Shown: in pieces, positions 20,717 to 29,214 of the stretch | Layout: every line of letters begins with the position of its first letter | How positions within the stretch are numbered: the stretch's first letter is position 1 | From: Myxococcota bacterium | GTDB taxonomy: Bacteria > Myxococcota > Kuafuiibacteriia > Kuafuiibacteriales > Kuafuiibacteriaceae | DNA: 64,000 bases | Assembly (NCBI GenBank): GCA_028289325.1 | Contig: JANQQN010000190.1 | Location: 2,275-66,274, forward strand | Direction of reading: 5' to 3' | Position numbers and translations under genes: made by a program | The notes under the pieces: model-generated | Told to the model about the DNA's origin: nothing | The model's database searches: none | The model's input: only the letters and a program-made list of their open reading frames with translations

Positions 20717-21514
20717 ATGACTGATGCCGTTCATGACGAGCCCGTCGTCAAGGCGACCCACAAAGAAGGCATCGCGGTCCTGACCCTCAACCGACCTCGG
20801 GCTCGCAATGCCCTGTCGGTCGAGCTGATGACCGCGCTGGAGAGGGAGCTCGCTCAGCTCCGGGCGCTGCGGGGGACCGTGTTCGTGGTTATCCTGCGGG
20901 CCGAAGGCCCGGCTTTTTGCGCCGGGCATGACCTCAAAGAGATGAGGAAGGAGCCTCGAGAAGAGGTCTACGCGGCGCTCTTCGAGCAGTGCTCTCGGCT
21001 CATGAAAGCGATCGTGCGGCTTCCTCAACCGGTGATCGCACAGGTGCACGGGATCGCGACGGCGGCGGGATGCCAGCTGGTTGCCAGCTGCGATCTCGCC
21101 GTGGCCGCGGACGACGCACGATTCGCGACGCCCGGCGTCAACATCGGCTTGTTCTGCTCGACGCCGATGGTCGCATTGAGCCGAAACGTACCGACGAAGG
21201 CGGCGATGGAAATGCTCTTGACCGGGGATATGGCCAGCGCCGAGCACGCGCTGCGGATCGGCCTCGTCAACCGGGTGGTCCCCGCCGCGAGCCTGCGGTC
21301 GGAGACGGAAGCGCTGGCCCGGCAGATCGCATCCAAGTCGCCGCTCACCGTCGCCATCGGCAAAGAAGCCTTCTACCGACAGCGGGAGATGAGCCTCGAC
21401 GACGCGTACACCTTTACGAGTGAAGTCATGGCCCGAAACATGATGGCCGCCGACGCGGCGGAAGGTATCGATGCGTTCCTAGCGAAGCGGGCGCCGGTTT
21501 GGCGGGGGGAGTAG
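20717..21514 (+). CDS. enoyl-CoA hydratase/isomerase family protein
   Basis: 265 aa with crotonase-fold blocks (VLTLNRPRARNAL, FCAGHDLKE, VHGIATAAGCQL). Confidence 0.85.
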   Translation: MTDAVHDEPVVKATHKEGIAVLTLNRPRARNALSVELMTALERELAQLRALRGTVFVVILRAEGPAFCAGHDLKEMRKEPREEVYAALFEQCSRLMKAIVRLPQPVIAQVHGIATAAGCQLVASCDLAVAADDARFATPGVNIGLFCSTPMVALSRNVPTKAAMEMLLTGDMASAEHALRIGLVNRVVPAASLRSETEALARQIASKSPLTVAIGKEAFYRQREMSLDDAYTFTSEVMARNMMAADAAEGIDAFLAKRAPVWRGE

Positions 21515-21667
21515 CCCCCCATCGGCAGGAGCAGGCGCGGGTCAGCACCGGCTCGGATCGGTCGCCTTCCCGCAATCGTCGGCGACGATTCGAACGAAAC
21601 ATTCCTCAATTCAGGATGAGTACGATTGAGGGACCAAAGTGGCGGCGGGGGCCATATCATCATCGGG

Positions 21668-23500
21668 ATGGAGCCCCGCGGAGTCTCCAGTGCGCCTCGC
21701 GACCTTCCGCTGCACCGCCGGCTCGTCGGTGGTCGGTATCGTCTCGAGTCTGTCGTCGGCCGGGGCTCGATGGGCATCGTGTATCGCGCGCGCCATGTCC
21801 TCACCGCCAACCTCGTTGCCCTGAAGTGCATCTCCCCTGAAAGCCGGCAACGGGAGCTGGTGCTGGCTCGGTTTCGGCGTGAGGTGAGCATCAGTGCCCA
21901 TGTCGTTCACGACGGCATCGTCAAGGTCTACGATGGCGGCGAAGAAGAAGACGGAACCCTCTATCTAGCCATGGAGCTGCTCGACGGTGAGACCCTTCAT
22001 CAGCGCGCCCTGCAACCAGGCTTCGTCGCCAGCTATGGGCTGAACATCGTCCGAGCGTTACTGGAGCCTCTGTCGGCGGCGCACGCGCAAGGGATCGTCC
22101 ACCGAGACATCAAGCCGGAGAACATCTTCCTTCACCGGCGGCCGGACGGCCGAGACCAGGTCAAGCTGCTCGACTTCGGCATCGCGCAAGATCCTCGGCA
22201 TCCGACGACCACCCGGACCGACGTCGGTATCGGCACCCCCTTCTACATGAGCCCCGAGCAGGCGACCAACGCGCGGGCCGTCTCGCCGGCCTCCGATGTC
22301 TGGTCGGTCGGCGTCCTGCTGTATTGGCTGCTGGCCGGCGAGCTTCCCTTCCGGTCCGATACGCCGTTCAACACCTTGTCGTTGGTCTGCGGAGCGCCGC
22401 ACCGACCCATTCGGGTCGAGGGTGGTCCGACGACCGAACGTCTGGTGGCCTTGGTCGACCGGACCCTGAGCAAGGAGCCGGCGGATCGGCCTCGAGACGC
22501 GGCGGCGTTGCTCGGCGCGCTCAACGAGATCCTCGAGCCTCTCGCCCCCGATGAGAGTCTCTCCGCCGTTACGTACGGCTCCAATCCTCAGTTATCCGCG
22601 CCCTGGTCGCCGCCGCTGCCGGCCGCGCAGTCCAGCTCTGGCGTCGTCGCGGCGCCGGCGACGTACGCCGGGGCACCGCTGCCATCTTTGCTGGGCGTGG
22701 CCGGCCGTGGTTCGTGGCGTCGAATCCTGGGCGTCGTCGTATCGTTCGCCGTCGTCACCGGTCTGGGGATAGGCGCAGGGCTCTATTTGACCCGAGCCCC
22801 CGTTCCGGTGCGCGCTGAGGTCGCCCCGCTTCCGAAGCGCGATGGACCCGTGGCATCGCCCACCGCGCCCGCCGCCCCGGTGCGGGTCCGAGCCGAGATG
22901 CCGGCGCCGGCGGAACAAGCGAGGCGCCGGCCGAAACGGGCGGCGACCGGTTCTGGCCGGCAAGCCGCCGCGTCGCCTTCAACCCCGCGTGCGAGGTCCT
23001 CGGATCGCCGTCGCCGCCGGTCCGCGCGAAGCCGTACTGCCGCCGGCTCATCTCCGCCGCGAGCTTCGAAGCGCTCGAGGTTATCGTCGGGGTCGACCCG
23101 AACTCGGGTCGCGGCCCCGTCCGTGCGGACCCGGATCATAGCCCCGTCCGCGCGGACCCGGGTCGTTCGAGGTCCGACCGATGGCAGGTCCGACCCTCGG
23201 CCTTCGGCGCCTCCGCCCGTGGCCGCGGGTCGTGGCGTCGCAGCCTCGAATCCGTCGCCTTCATCTCCGCCCGCTGAACCGCGTGACCTCGCTGTTGCCC
23301 CGTCCGTGGCCTCGTCGTCGGTGGCCCCCCAGGGGCCCTTGGCCCCCCCGTCCGTCGCCGCCTCGGCTTCCCCGGATCGACAGCGACGGCCCATCCCCGG
23401 CGCAACGGGCAAAGGCCGCTCCTCCGACCGGCGCCAGCGGGCCGCCGACAGGCCAAAGAAGAAGAAAGCGAACAAGAAACCCGTCTTTCTGACGTTCTGA
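21668..23500 (+). CDS. Ser/Thr protein kinase with TM segment and long basic Pro/Ser/Arg-rich tail
   Basis: Start set to ATG 21668. Motifs GRGSMGIVY, HRDIKPEN, DFGIA and GTPFYMSPE. TM segment ILGVVVSFAVVTGLGIGAGLYL, followed by about 230 aa of low complexity ending KKKKANKKPVFLTF. Confidence 0.85.
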   Translation: MEPRGVSSAPRDLPLHRRLVGGRYRLESVVGRGSMGIVYRARHVLTANLVALKCISPESRQRELVLARFRREVSISAHVVHDGIVKVYDGGEEEDGTLYLAMELLDGETLHQRALQPGFVASYGLNIVRALLEPLSAAHAQGIVHRDIKPENIFLHRRPDGRDQVKLLDFGIAQDPRHPTTTRTDVGIGTPFYMSPEQATNARAVSPASDVWSVGVLLYWLLAGELPFRSDTPFNTLSLVCGAPHRPIRVEGGPTTERLVALVDRTLSKEPADRPRDAAALLGALNEILEPLAPDESLSAVTYGSNPQLSAPWSPPLPAAQSSSGVVAAPATYAGAPLPSLLGVAGRGSWRRILGVVVSFAVVTGLGIGAGLYLTRAPVPVRAEVAPLPKRDGPVASPTAPAAPVRVRAEMPAPAEQARRRPKRAATGSGRQAAASPSTPRARSSDRRRRRSARSRTAAGSSPPRASKRSRLSSGSTRTRVAAPSVRTRIIAPSARTRVVRGPTDGRSDPRPSAPPPVAAGRGVAASNPSPSSPPAEPRDLAVAPSVASSSVAPQGPLAPPSVAASASPDRQRRPIPGATGKGRSSDRRQRAADRPKKKKANKKPVFLTF

Positions 23501-23510
23501 CGAGATCCCG

Positions 23511-24575
23511 ATGAATCGATGTCTAGCTTGCCCGCTTTTCGCCGTTGCGGCGGCGGTCGCCGTTTGGCCGCAGCCCGCCTTCTGCTCCCCGTGGACCTTG
23601 GCCCGGGGGGTCGCGTTGATGCGGGCGGGTTTTGACTTCCAGCTCGCGACATCCGAGTTCCTCGACCGCGACGGTGAGCGACCCTTCTCCCTCGACGGAC
23701 GCTTCGCGGGCACGACGCTGGATCTCGGGATCCGAATCGGGCTCACGGATCGACTCGAGCTCGAGTTCGGGCTCCCCATTCGCGTGGTCAACTTCAACGC
23801 GGACCCCGTTATCCTCAGGACTTTCGAGGGTGACGATGTCGACGAAGCGCTCGCCTTCTACCAGGCCAACATCGTCGACTTCTCCCAAACATCGGCCGGG
23901 GTCGGCGACCTTCGCCTCGCGGCCCGGTACCAGGTGGCTCTTCAGCCGTTGGCGGTTGCCGTCGAGTTGGCGGTGAAGGCCCCGACGGGATATCGAGGCC
24001 CCGAAGGGACCTTCGGTCGTGAGCCGACCACGGTCGAGGCGCTGGAAGCGAACCAGGACGAGATCGCGCGCCCGGAGCGGGTACGCGATGACGTAACGTT
24101 GGGCGATGCCCAGCTCGACCTGGCGGGGCGCGTTCTCGTGGGACGAGCGTTTACGACCGGGACCTTCGTGAGGGCGAGCGCGGGCTACAACCTCCGGATG
24201 GGTGGGGCCGGGGACCAAGTGTTGGGCGATCTCCGCATCGGCCAGGCGATCTCGGACCGCTTCTTGATCTTCGGGTTCGGGCGGATCGCGTATTCGATCC
24301 AGGACGGCGACAACATTGGGATCACCGTGGTCGCTGAGGACCCGGAGGCGCCCGCGTCGAGCTTTACGGACTTTCAGAACATCCGCGCGTTCGTGCGCCG
24401 GCTCGAAAGCGACACGTTGGACGTCGGGGGCGGCTTCATCTGGCGGGTGGGAGGACCGGTCGAGGTCAACGTGACGTACGGTCGCACCGTTTGGGGGCGA
24501 TTTACGTCCGCCACGAACACGGTGTCGACGGGGGTCGGCCTGCGGCTCGACGTCTTCGAAAGCGCCGGTACCTAG
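23511..24575 (+). CDS. putative outer-membrane beta-barrel protein (MetA/phenol-degradation-like)
   Basis: Signal peptide, alternating beta-strand pattern and a C-terminal aromatic-rich strand. The family call is weak. Confidence 0.45.
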   Translation: MNRCLACPLFAVAAAVAVWPQPAFCSPWTLARGVALMRAGFDFQLATSEFLDRDGERPFSLDGRFAGTTLDLGIRIGLTDRLELEFGLPIRVVNFNADPVILRTFEGDDVDEALAFYQANIVDFSQTSAGVGDLRLAARYQVALQPLAVAVELAVKAPTGYRGPEGTFGREPTTVEALEANQDEIARPERVRDDVTLGDAQLDLAGRVLVGRAFTTGTFVRASAGYNLRMGGAGDQVLGDLRIGQAISDRFLIFGFGRIAYSIQDGDNIGITVVAEDPEAPASSFTDFQNIRAFVRRLESDTLDVGGGFIWRVGGPVEVNVTYGRTVWGRFTSATNTVSTGVGLRLDVFESAGT

Positions 24576-24633
24576 ATGCGTACACCGGAGGCGATCCGGG
24601 TGACCGATCCGTCACACCGACCCCGCCGGATCG

Positions 24634-25287
24634 GTGACCACCCGAACCCTTCTCCTCTTGCCACCGGTCCGGGTTGACACCGCGTACAAGCGAGCCGAGC
24701 GTTCGGCCGTGCGAGGCTCAAGAGGTCCTTACCGCTCGTTTGTTCTTGTTCTGCTCGGCGCCGGTCTGATCGGCTGTGCAGGCGGCGGTCGTCCGGAGAA
24801 TAAGTCCACGCCTTCGTCCTCGGCGACGAGCGCGGGCCCGCATGCGAAGCGTCCGTTCACCGCCGAGCAGATCCGCGCCGCAACTACGGTCGGTGCGGCC
24901 CGGCGTTACCGCACCGAGAAGGAAGGTGAGCCGGCGATGTTTACGCGAACACGGGTGGCGGCGGCCAGCGGGACCCACGCGACCTTCGAGACCCACGTGC
25001 TGGGCAGCGACGGACAGCCGGTCGGAGAGCCGGAGCGTTCGACGTCGACATGGATCGAGCTCATGGAACACGCCACGTTCCCCGTGGATCGGACGACCAT
25101 CGAAGATATCTCTCTTCGGACGCCGGCCGGTACGTTCGACGCGTGGCTGTACACCGTCGAGGGGCCGAAGCCGGGAATCGTCACCCGGTTCTACTTCGCC
25201 AAGGAACACCCCGGCGCCCCGGTGCAGTACGAGCAGATCGTCGACCGGAAGGTGGTGTTCAAGGTGGTCATGATCTCCGCGTCGTGA
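24634..25287 (+). CDS. hypothetical lipoprotein
   Basis: GTG start and lipobox LIGCAGG. No recognisable domain. Confidence 0.5.
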   Translation: MTTRTLLLLPPVRVDTAYKRAERSAVRGSRGPYRSFVLVLLGAGLIGCAGGGRPENKSTPSSSATSAGPHAKRPFTAEQIRAATTVGAARRYRTEKEGEPAMFTRTRVAAASGTHATFETHVLGSDGQPVGEPERSTSTWIELMEHATFPVDRTTIEDISLRTPAGTFDAWLYTVEGPKPGIVTRFYFAKEHPGAPVQYEQIVDRKVVFKVVMISAS

Positions 25288-25383
25288 ACGTACGATCCTC
25301 TGGATGATGCTGCGGGGGTCGCGGCCGCGGGAAGCGAACCATCGATCTGTTCAAGCGAACTCTTGCCTGATAGCGTTCCTATC

Positions 25384-25971
25384 ATGCCCCGTTACGTGTT
25401 GCTCCTCCTGATGTGTTCCACGGCGTGCGGTGGATCGTCGGCCGCGCGCTATACCTATAACGCCTCGATGATCCGGCAGTCGAAGGCCGACAGCGAAGCT
25501 GCGGCGCGCGCGATGCTTCGCGAGAACGCGGACCTTCGGCCGTTCTCGCCCAAGGTCGAGGCGCTCGAGAGCGTCGAGTTCCTGGCGATGAAGCCGCCGC
25601 AGGTCAAAGAAGACGGCACCCGGATCGTGGTGGAGGTCCAGATCGGCCAAGACGCGACGGCGACCTGTATTCTCGAGACCCATGCCGAGCGAGCGATGGA
25701 TGTGTTCAGCGGTCTTCGAACTCGCTACCGAGAAGACGCCGAGCGATATGAGCTCAAGTTCGACCGTACCATCAGCGAATCTGGGGAACGGTTTCGTGTC
25801 GTCCACGAGGCGTACTCCGGTGAGAACGGAAAAGTGACGTTCGTGAAGTTCGCGTCTTCGCGAACGGACGTTGCGGGGGCGGTCTGCTTGCACGAAGGCT
25901 ACGGTTACCGCGAGACCCTCGACCGGGTCTTCGCCCACATGGTGGCCACCGCGACTCGGCCCTCGTCCTGA
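25384..25971 (+). CDS. hypothetical lipoprotein
   Basis: Start set to ATG 25384 (MPRYVLLLLMCSTACGG). No recognisable domain. Confidence 0.5.
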   Translation: MPRYVLLLLMCSTACGGSSAARYTYNASMIRQSKADSEAAARAMLRENADLRPFSPKVEALESVEFLAMKPPQVKEDGTRIVVEVQIGQDATATCILETHAERAMDVFSGLRTRYREDAERYELKFDRTISESGERFRVVHEAYSGENGKVTFVKFASSRTDVAGAVCLHEGYGYRETLDRVFAHMVATATRPSS

Positions 25972-25995
25972 AGATTGCGTTTGCACCCGAAACGG

Positions 25996-26907
25996 ATGAC
26001 GCTACCGGTCAACGTGTCTCTGTTCATTCGTACGCCAGCCTCGCCGGTCTCCTCCTCGCCGGTTGCCTCGGTCGGGGCGGCGCTGCTCGTGGCGGCGACC
26101 GCGTGTGCCGTTTCTGCGCCGGAGTCGGTGCCGGTCGCTGATTCGTCGTCCAAGGTCGCCCAGCCATCGCCCCTCGATGGATGTGGGCTCGCCGATGGCC
26201 CCCACTCGATCGAGGTCGCCGGCCAGACGCGAACGTTCATCTTGGCCCGAGGAGCGGCGAAGGTTCGTGGGCCCCGTCCCGTCGTCTTCATCTGGCACGG
26301 CTTCGGAGGTTACAGCCCACGCATCGTGTCTCTGATCGACGGTCAGCTGTGGCCCGAGGCGATCCGAGTGGCGCCCAAAGGGCTCCCTCGGACCTTCGAC
26401 AATTTTGGCGATGTGGCTCAGCTCGGTTGGCAGATTCGGCGGGGCGAATATGACGACCGCGACCTCGTGTTCTTCGATGCCATCTTCCGTCGTCTGGTAG
26501 ACGAAGGTTGCCTGGACACGCGTCGGGTCTACACTACGGGCTTTTCCAACGGTGGCTTCTTTTCCAACGTGCTCGCCTGTCACCGCGCGGACCGGCTGGC
26601 GGCCGCGGCGCCGGCCGGCGGCGGTGGTCCATTCGAGCCTTGCACGGGGCGGATACCGATCCTCCTTCACCACGGTATTCAAGATACCGTTGTCCCGTTC
26701 AGTATGGCCGATCAGAGTTTTCGCGCTTGGTGTGCGCACCACGGCTGCGACTATGCAACGCCCACCGGTGGGTGCATCTCAGCCGACGAGTGTCCGGTGA
26801 CGCTATGCGCGTCCGAGATCGGCCACCGCTGGCCCTCCGGAGCCTCCGAGCGGATCGTCCGGTTCTTCAAAGCCCACGCTCGAAGCGACCAGCGGCCCCC
26901 TCGATGA
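25996..26907 (+). CDS. secreted alpha/beta-hydrolase, PHB-depolymerase/LpqC-type esterase
   Basis: Lipobox LVAATAC, VFIWHGFGG, and a nucleophile elbow TTGFSNGG. Confidence 0.65.
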   Translation: MTLPVNVSLFIRTPASPVSSSPVASVGAALLVAATACAVSAPESVPVADSSSKVAQPSPLDGCGLADGPHSIEVAGQTRTFILARGAAKVRGPRPVVFIWHGFGGYSPRIVSLIDGQLWPEAIRVAPKGLPRTFDNFGDVAQLGWQIRRGEYDDRDLVFFDAIFRRLVDEGCLDTRRVYTTGFSNGGFFSNVLACHRADRLAAAAPAGGGGPFEPCTGRIPILLHHGIQDTVVPFSMADQSFRAWCAHHGCDYATPTGGCISADECPVTLCASEIGHRWPSGASERIVRFFKAHARSDQRPPR

Positions 26908-26935
26908 GCCGCGGAGGTGATCGCGTCCAGACGTC

Positions 26936-27700
26936 ATGAGATTTATCGAGCAGCCGGCCCCCGGCGCCCTCGCGGCTTGGGTCGAGTGTTTTTGGCGATT
27001 CGATGTCGAGCGATCGGGAAACGTTGACCACATCATCGTCCCCGATGGCGCCGTGTCTTTGGCGGTGATCGCCCTCCCATCGGGAGAGCGACGGACCGGG
27101 ATAACCGGGCCGTCAACGACGGCTCATCGAACGACGTTGGTGCCTGGCGCGACCTATACGGGGATTCGTTGGCGGCCCGGGGTTGCCGGAAGCGTGCTGC
27201 GAGGCGATGTCAGTGCATACCGCGGCGTGATGGGACCGATCGCCCAGCCGCCGCTGGCGCTCGAGCTGCTGACGAAGACGGTGCAACAGGCCGACGGCCC
27301 GTTGGCGGACGTCCTGGCCGTCGCCGCGCGCGCGATCGTGGCCGTGAGCGCGCCGCTCGACGAGGTCGTGTATCGACTCGCGGTGCAGATCACCGAGGCG
27401 GAGGGGCGAGTTGCTATCGACTCGCTGTTTGCAGCGTCCGCGGTGAGCAACCGGCAACTGCGCCGACGATTCAAGAGTCAGTGCGGCGTGACCGCCAAGG
27501 AGCTTGCTCGCCTGCGACGAGTGCGGGCGGCCTGCATCGAGCTGGTCATCCACCGTCGACCGCTCATCGACACCGCTGCGCACGCCGGTTTTGCGGACCA
27601 GGCGCATATGAGCCGGGAGTTCAGCAGTGTCTTCGGCCGTTCAGCGGGCGCCGTCGACCGCTACCTGGCGCAGATCCGACACGACGCGCTGGTGGTCTAA
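26936..27700 (+). CDS. AraC-family transcriptional regulator
   Basis: C-terminal double HTH (LRRRFKSQCGVTAKELARLRRV...AHAGFADQAHMSREF). Confidence 0.75.
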   Translation: MRFIEQPAPGALAAWVECFWRFDVERSGNVDHIIVPDGAVSLAVIALPSGERRTGITGPSTTAHRTTLVPGATYTGIRWRPGVAGSVLRGDVSAYRGVMGPIAQPPLALELLTKTVQQADGPLADVLAVAARAIVAVSAPLDEVVYRLAVQITEAEGRVAIDSLFAASAVSNRQLRRRFKSQCGVTAKELARLRRVRAACIELVIHRRPLIDTAAHAGFADQAHMSREFSSVFGRSAGAVDRYLAQIRHDALVV

Positions 27701-28308
27701 TGTCCGATTCTTTCAAGAGCCGGTCCGGTAGTCGGCGTACCGTCACTGCGATGCGAAACGTCGTACGAGCACTACTTCTTCTTGCGGTTCCGGTCCTTCT
27801 GAGTGCGGCAAGGCCCGGATCGAAAGCCCATCCCCTTGACTTCATGTTTGGCGAATGGGTTGGCACGGCGAAGATCACGAACCGAGATGGCTCCGTGAAA
27901 ACATTGATTCAGACCGAACGAGTCGGTCCTATGCTCGGTGGCGAGGTGGTGGTCATCGAAGGCCGCGGGTATGACGGGAACAGACTGGTCTTCAACGCCT
28001 TCGCCGTCGTCTCTCCGACGGGCAAAGATGGAAAGTGGGAGATGCGCAGCTACACCCAAGGGAAGGCCGGCACGTTTCCTTTCTCGCGGCGGAGGTCGGG
28101 CTTCGAGTGGAGTATACCCGCGGGGCCGAAGGCCCGGGTGCGGTACTCCGCGACGATCAGCGGCGACACGTGGGAGGAGATCGGGGAGTACGTAGAAGAC
28201 GGCCAGCTGGCTCGTAGGGTGTTCCAGATGAACCTTCGGCGGACCGCCGACACCAACTGGCCAGCCGCCGAACCTGTAGAGCCGAACGCGAGTGTGACAG
28301 GGCGATAG
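27700..28308 (+). CDS. secreted DUF1579-like protein
   Basis: ATG 27700 overlaps the AraC stop (TAATG). Signal peptide present. The upstream part of ORF 27169..28308 overlaps AraC and is treated as spurious. Confidence 0.45.
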   Translation: MSDSFKSRSGSRRTVTAMRNVVRALLLLAVPVLLSAARPGSKAHPLDFMFGEWVGTAKITNRDGSVKTLIQTERVGPMLGGEVVVIEGRGYDGNRLVFNAFAVVSPTGKDGKWEMRSYTQGKAGTFPFSRRRSGFEWSIPAGPKARVRYSATISGDTWEEIGEYVEDGQLARRVFQMNLRRTADTNWPAAEPVEPNASVTGR

Positions 28309-28329
28309 CCGCGGGCCGTTCGGCGAGCC

Positions 28330-29214
28330 TCACGGACAGTCGACCTGCACCGCCCCGCGCCCGCCGCCGCTGGCTCGGTGTAGATCGCCTTCACCCCAAA
28401 GCTCGTACGCAACCCATTCTTTGCTCCGGCGACAGATGGTCGACCAGTCCAGCGGTATCCTCGCCGCTCGGTCGCGGCCGGTGGCTTCGATACGTCGTTC
28501 GAGCCCTTCGATGACCGCATACGGTCGAAGCGCGTTCAGGGCGTCTTTCCTGGTCTCGCCGTCGAAGAGGCGAAGCGCCAACGTCGAAGACGGTTTCGCG
28601 CACGCGAGCCATTCGGCGGTCAGTCGAACTTCGAGGTGGGGCTCCGGTCGCGTGCCGCGCCGGCGGGCGCGAGGCAAGCGGACGTAGATTCGTCCTCCTC
28701 GGCTGTGATGACCGCACGCGGGACAATAGACGGTCGCCGAGCGGCGCATCGACAGACCGGCGAGGGCGCCGGTGCCCACGAGCCGGGCGGTGACCGTCGC
28801 TTCGAACGCGGTATACCGTCGGCCGGGCGGACCTCGGACCACGGTTTTGGTGCCCGGCGGAGGGTCGAGATCTCGGCAGACCGACGTCTTGTCGTACAGA
28901 TCGATCCGGTAGTTACGGCGGCTGGGCTTGAGGGTCCGCGGTCGCCCACGAGTGTTGATCGGCCGCAGGGCGTGGGTGGTGCCGCGGACGGCGTTGTCGA
29001 ACTGAATGGTCCAGGTCCCCTCGGCGCCTGCTTCGCACTCCGCGTGAACACGAAACTTGGCGATGCCGCTCGATCGCCCGGCCTGTAGCGCCTGGACCCG
29101 AAGCGGATCCCCAAAGCCTTCCCTCGCCCGACAGACGGGCGCAGCGCTGACGGTGACCGCGGCCCCGGAGATCGCGATGATGATGGTGAAGGCAGTGACG
29201 GCGGGGGTCGTCAT
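28330..29214 (-). CDS. hypothetical secreted protein
   Basis: Signal peptide MTTPAVTAFTIIIAISGAAVTVSA. The ATG overlaps the upstream gene stop (ATGA at 29211-29214). No recognisable domain. Confidence 0.5.
   Translation of the reverse strand: MTTPAVTAFTIIIAISGAAVTVSAAPVCRAREGFGDPLRVQALQAGRSSGIAKFRVHAECEAGAEGTWTIQFDNAVRGTTHALRPINTRGRPRTLKPSRRNYRIDLYDKTSVCRDLDPPPGTKTVVRGPPGRRYTAFEATVTARLVGTGALAGLSMRRSATVYCPACGHHSRGGRIYVRLPRARRRGTRPEPHLEVRLTAEWLACAKPSSTLALRLFDGETRKDALNALRPYAVIEGLERRIEATGRDRAARIPLDWSTICRRSKEWVAYELWGEGDLHRASGGGRGAVQVDCP

Noticed and set aside
25969-25998. A possible UGA (selenocysteine) read-through joining ORF 25363..25971 to ORF 25975..26907. The two ORFs share a frame and are separated by only TGA plus one codon. 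I considered this because a tRNA-Sec gene is present.
   Set aside because: The downstream protein has its own start (ATG 25996) and its own lipoprotein signal peptide. I could see no SECIS-like hairpin after the TGA, and neither protein belongs to a known selenoprotein family.
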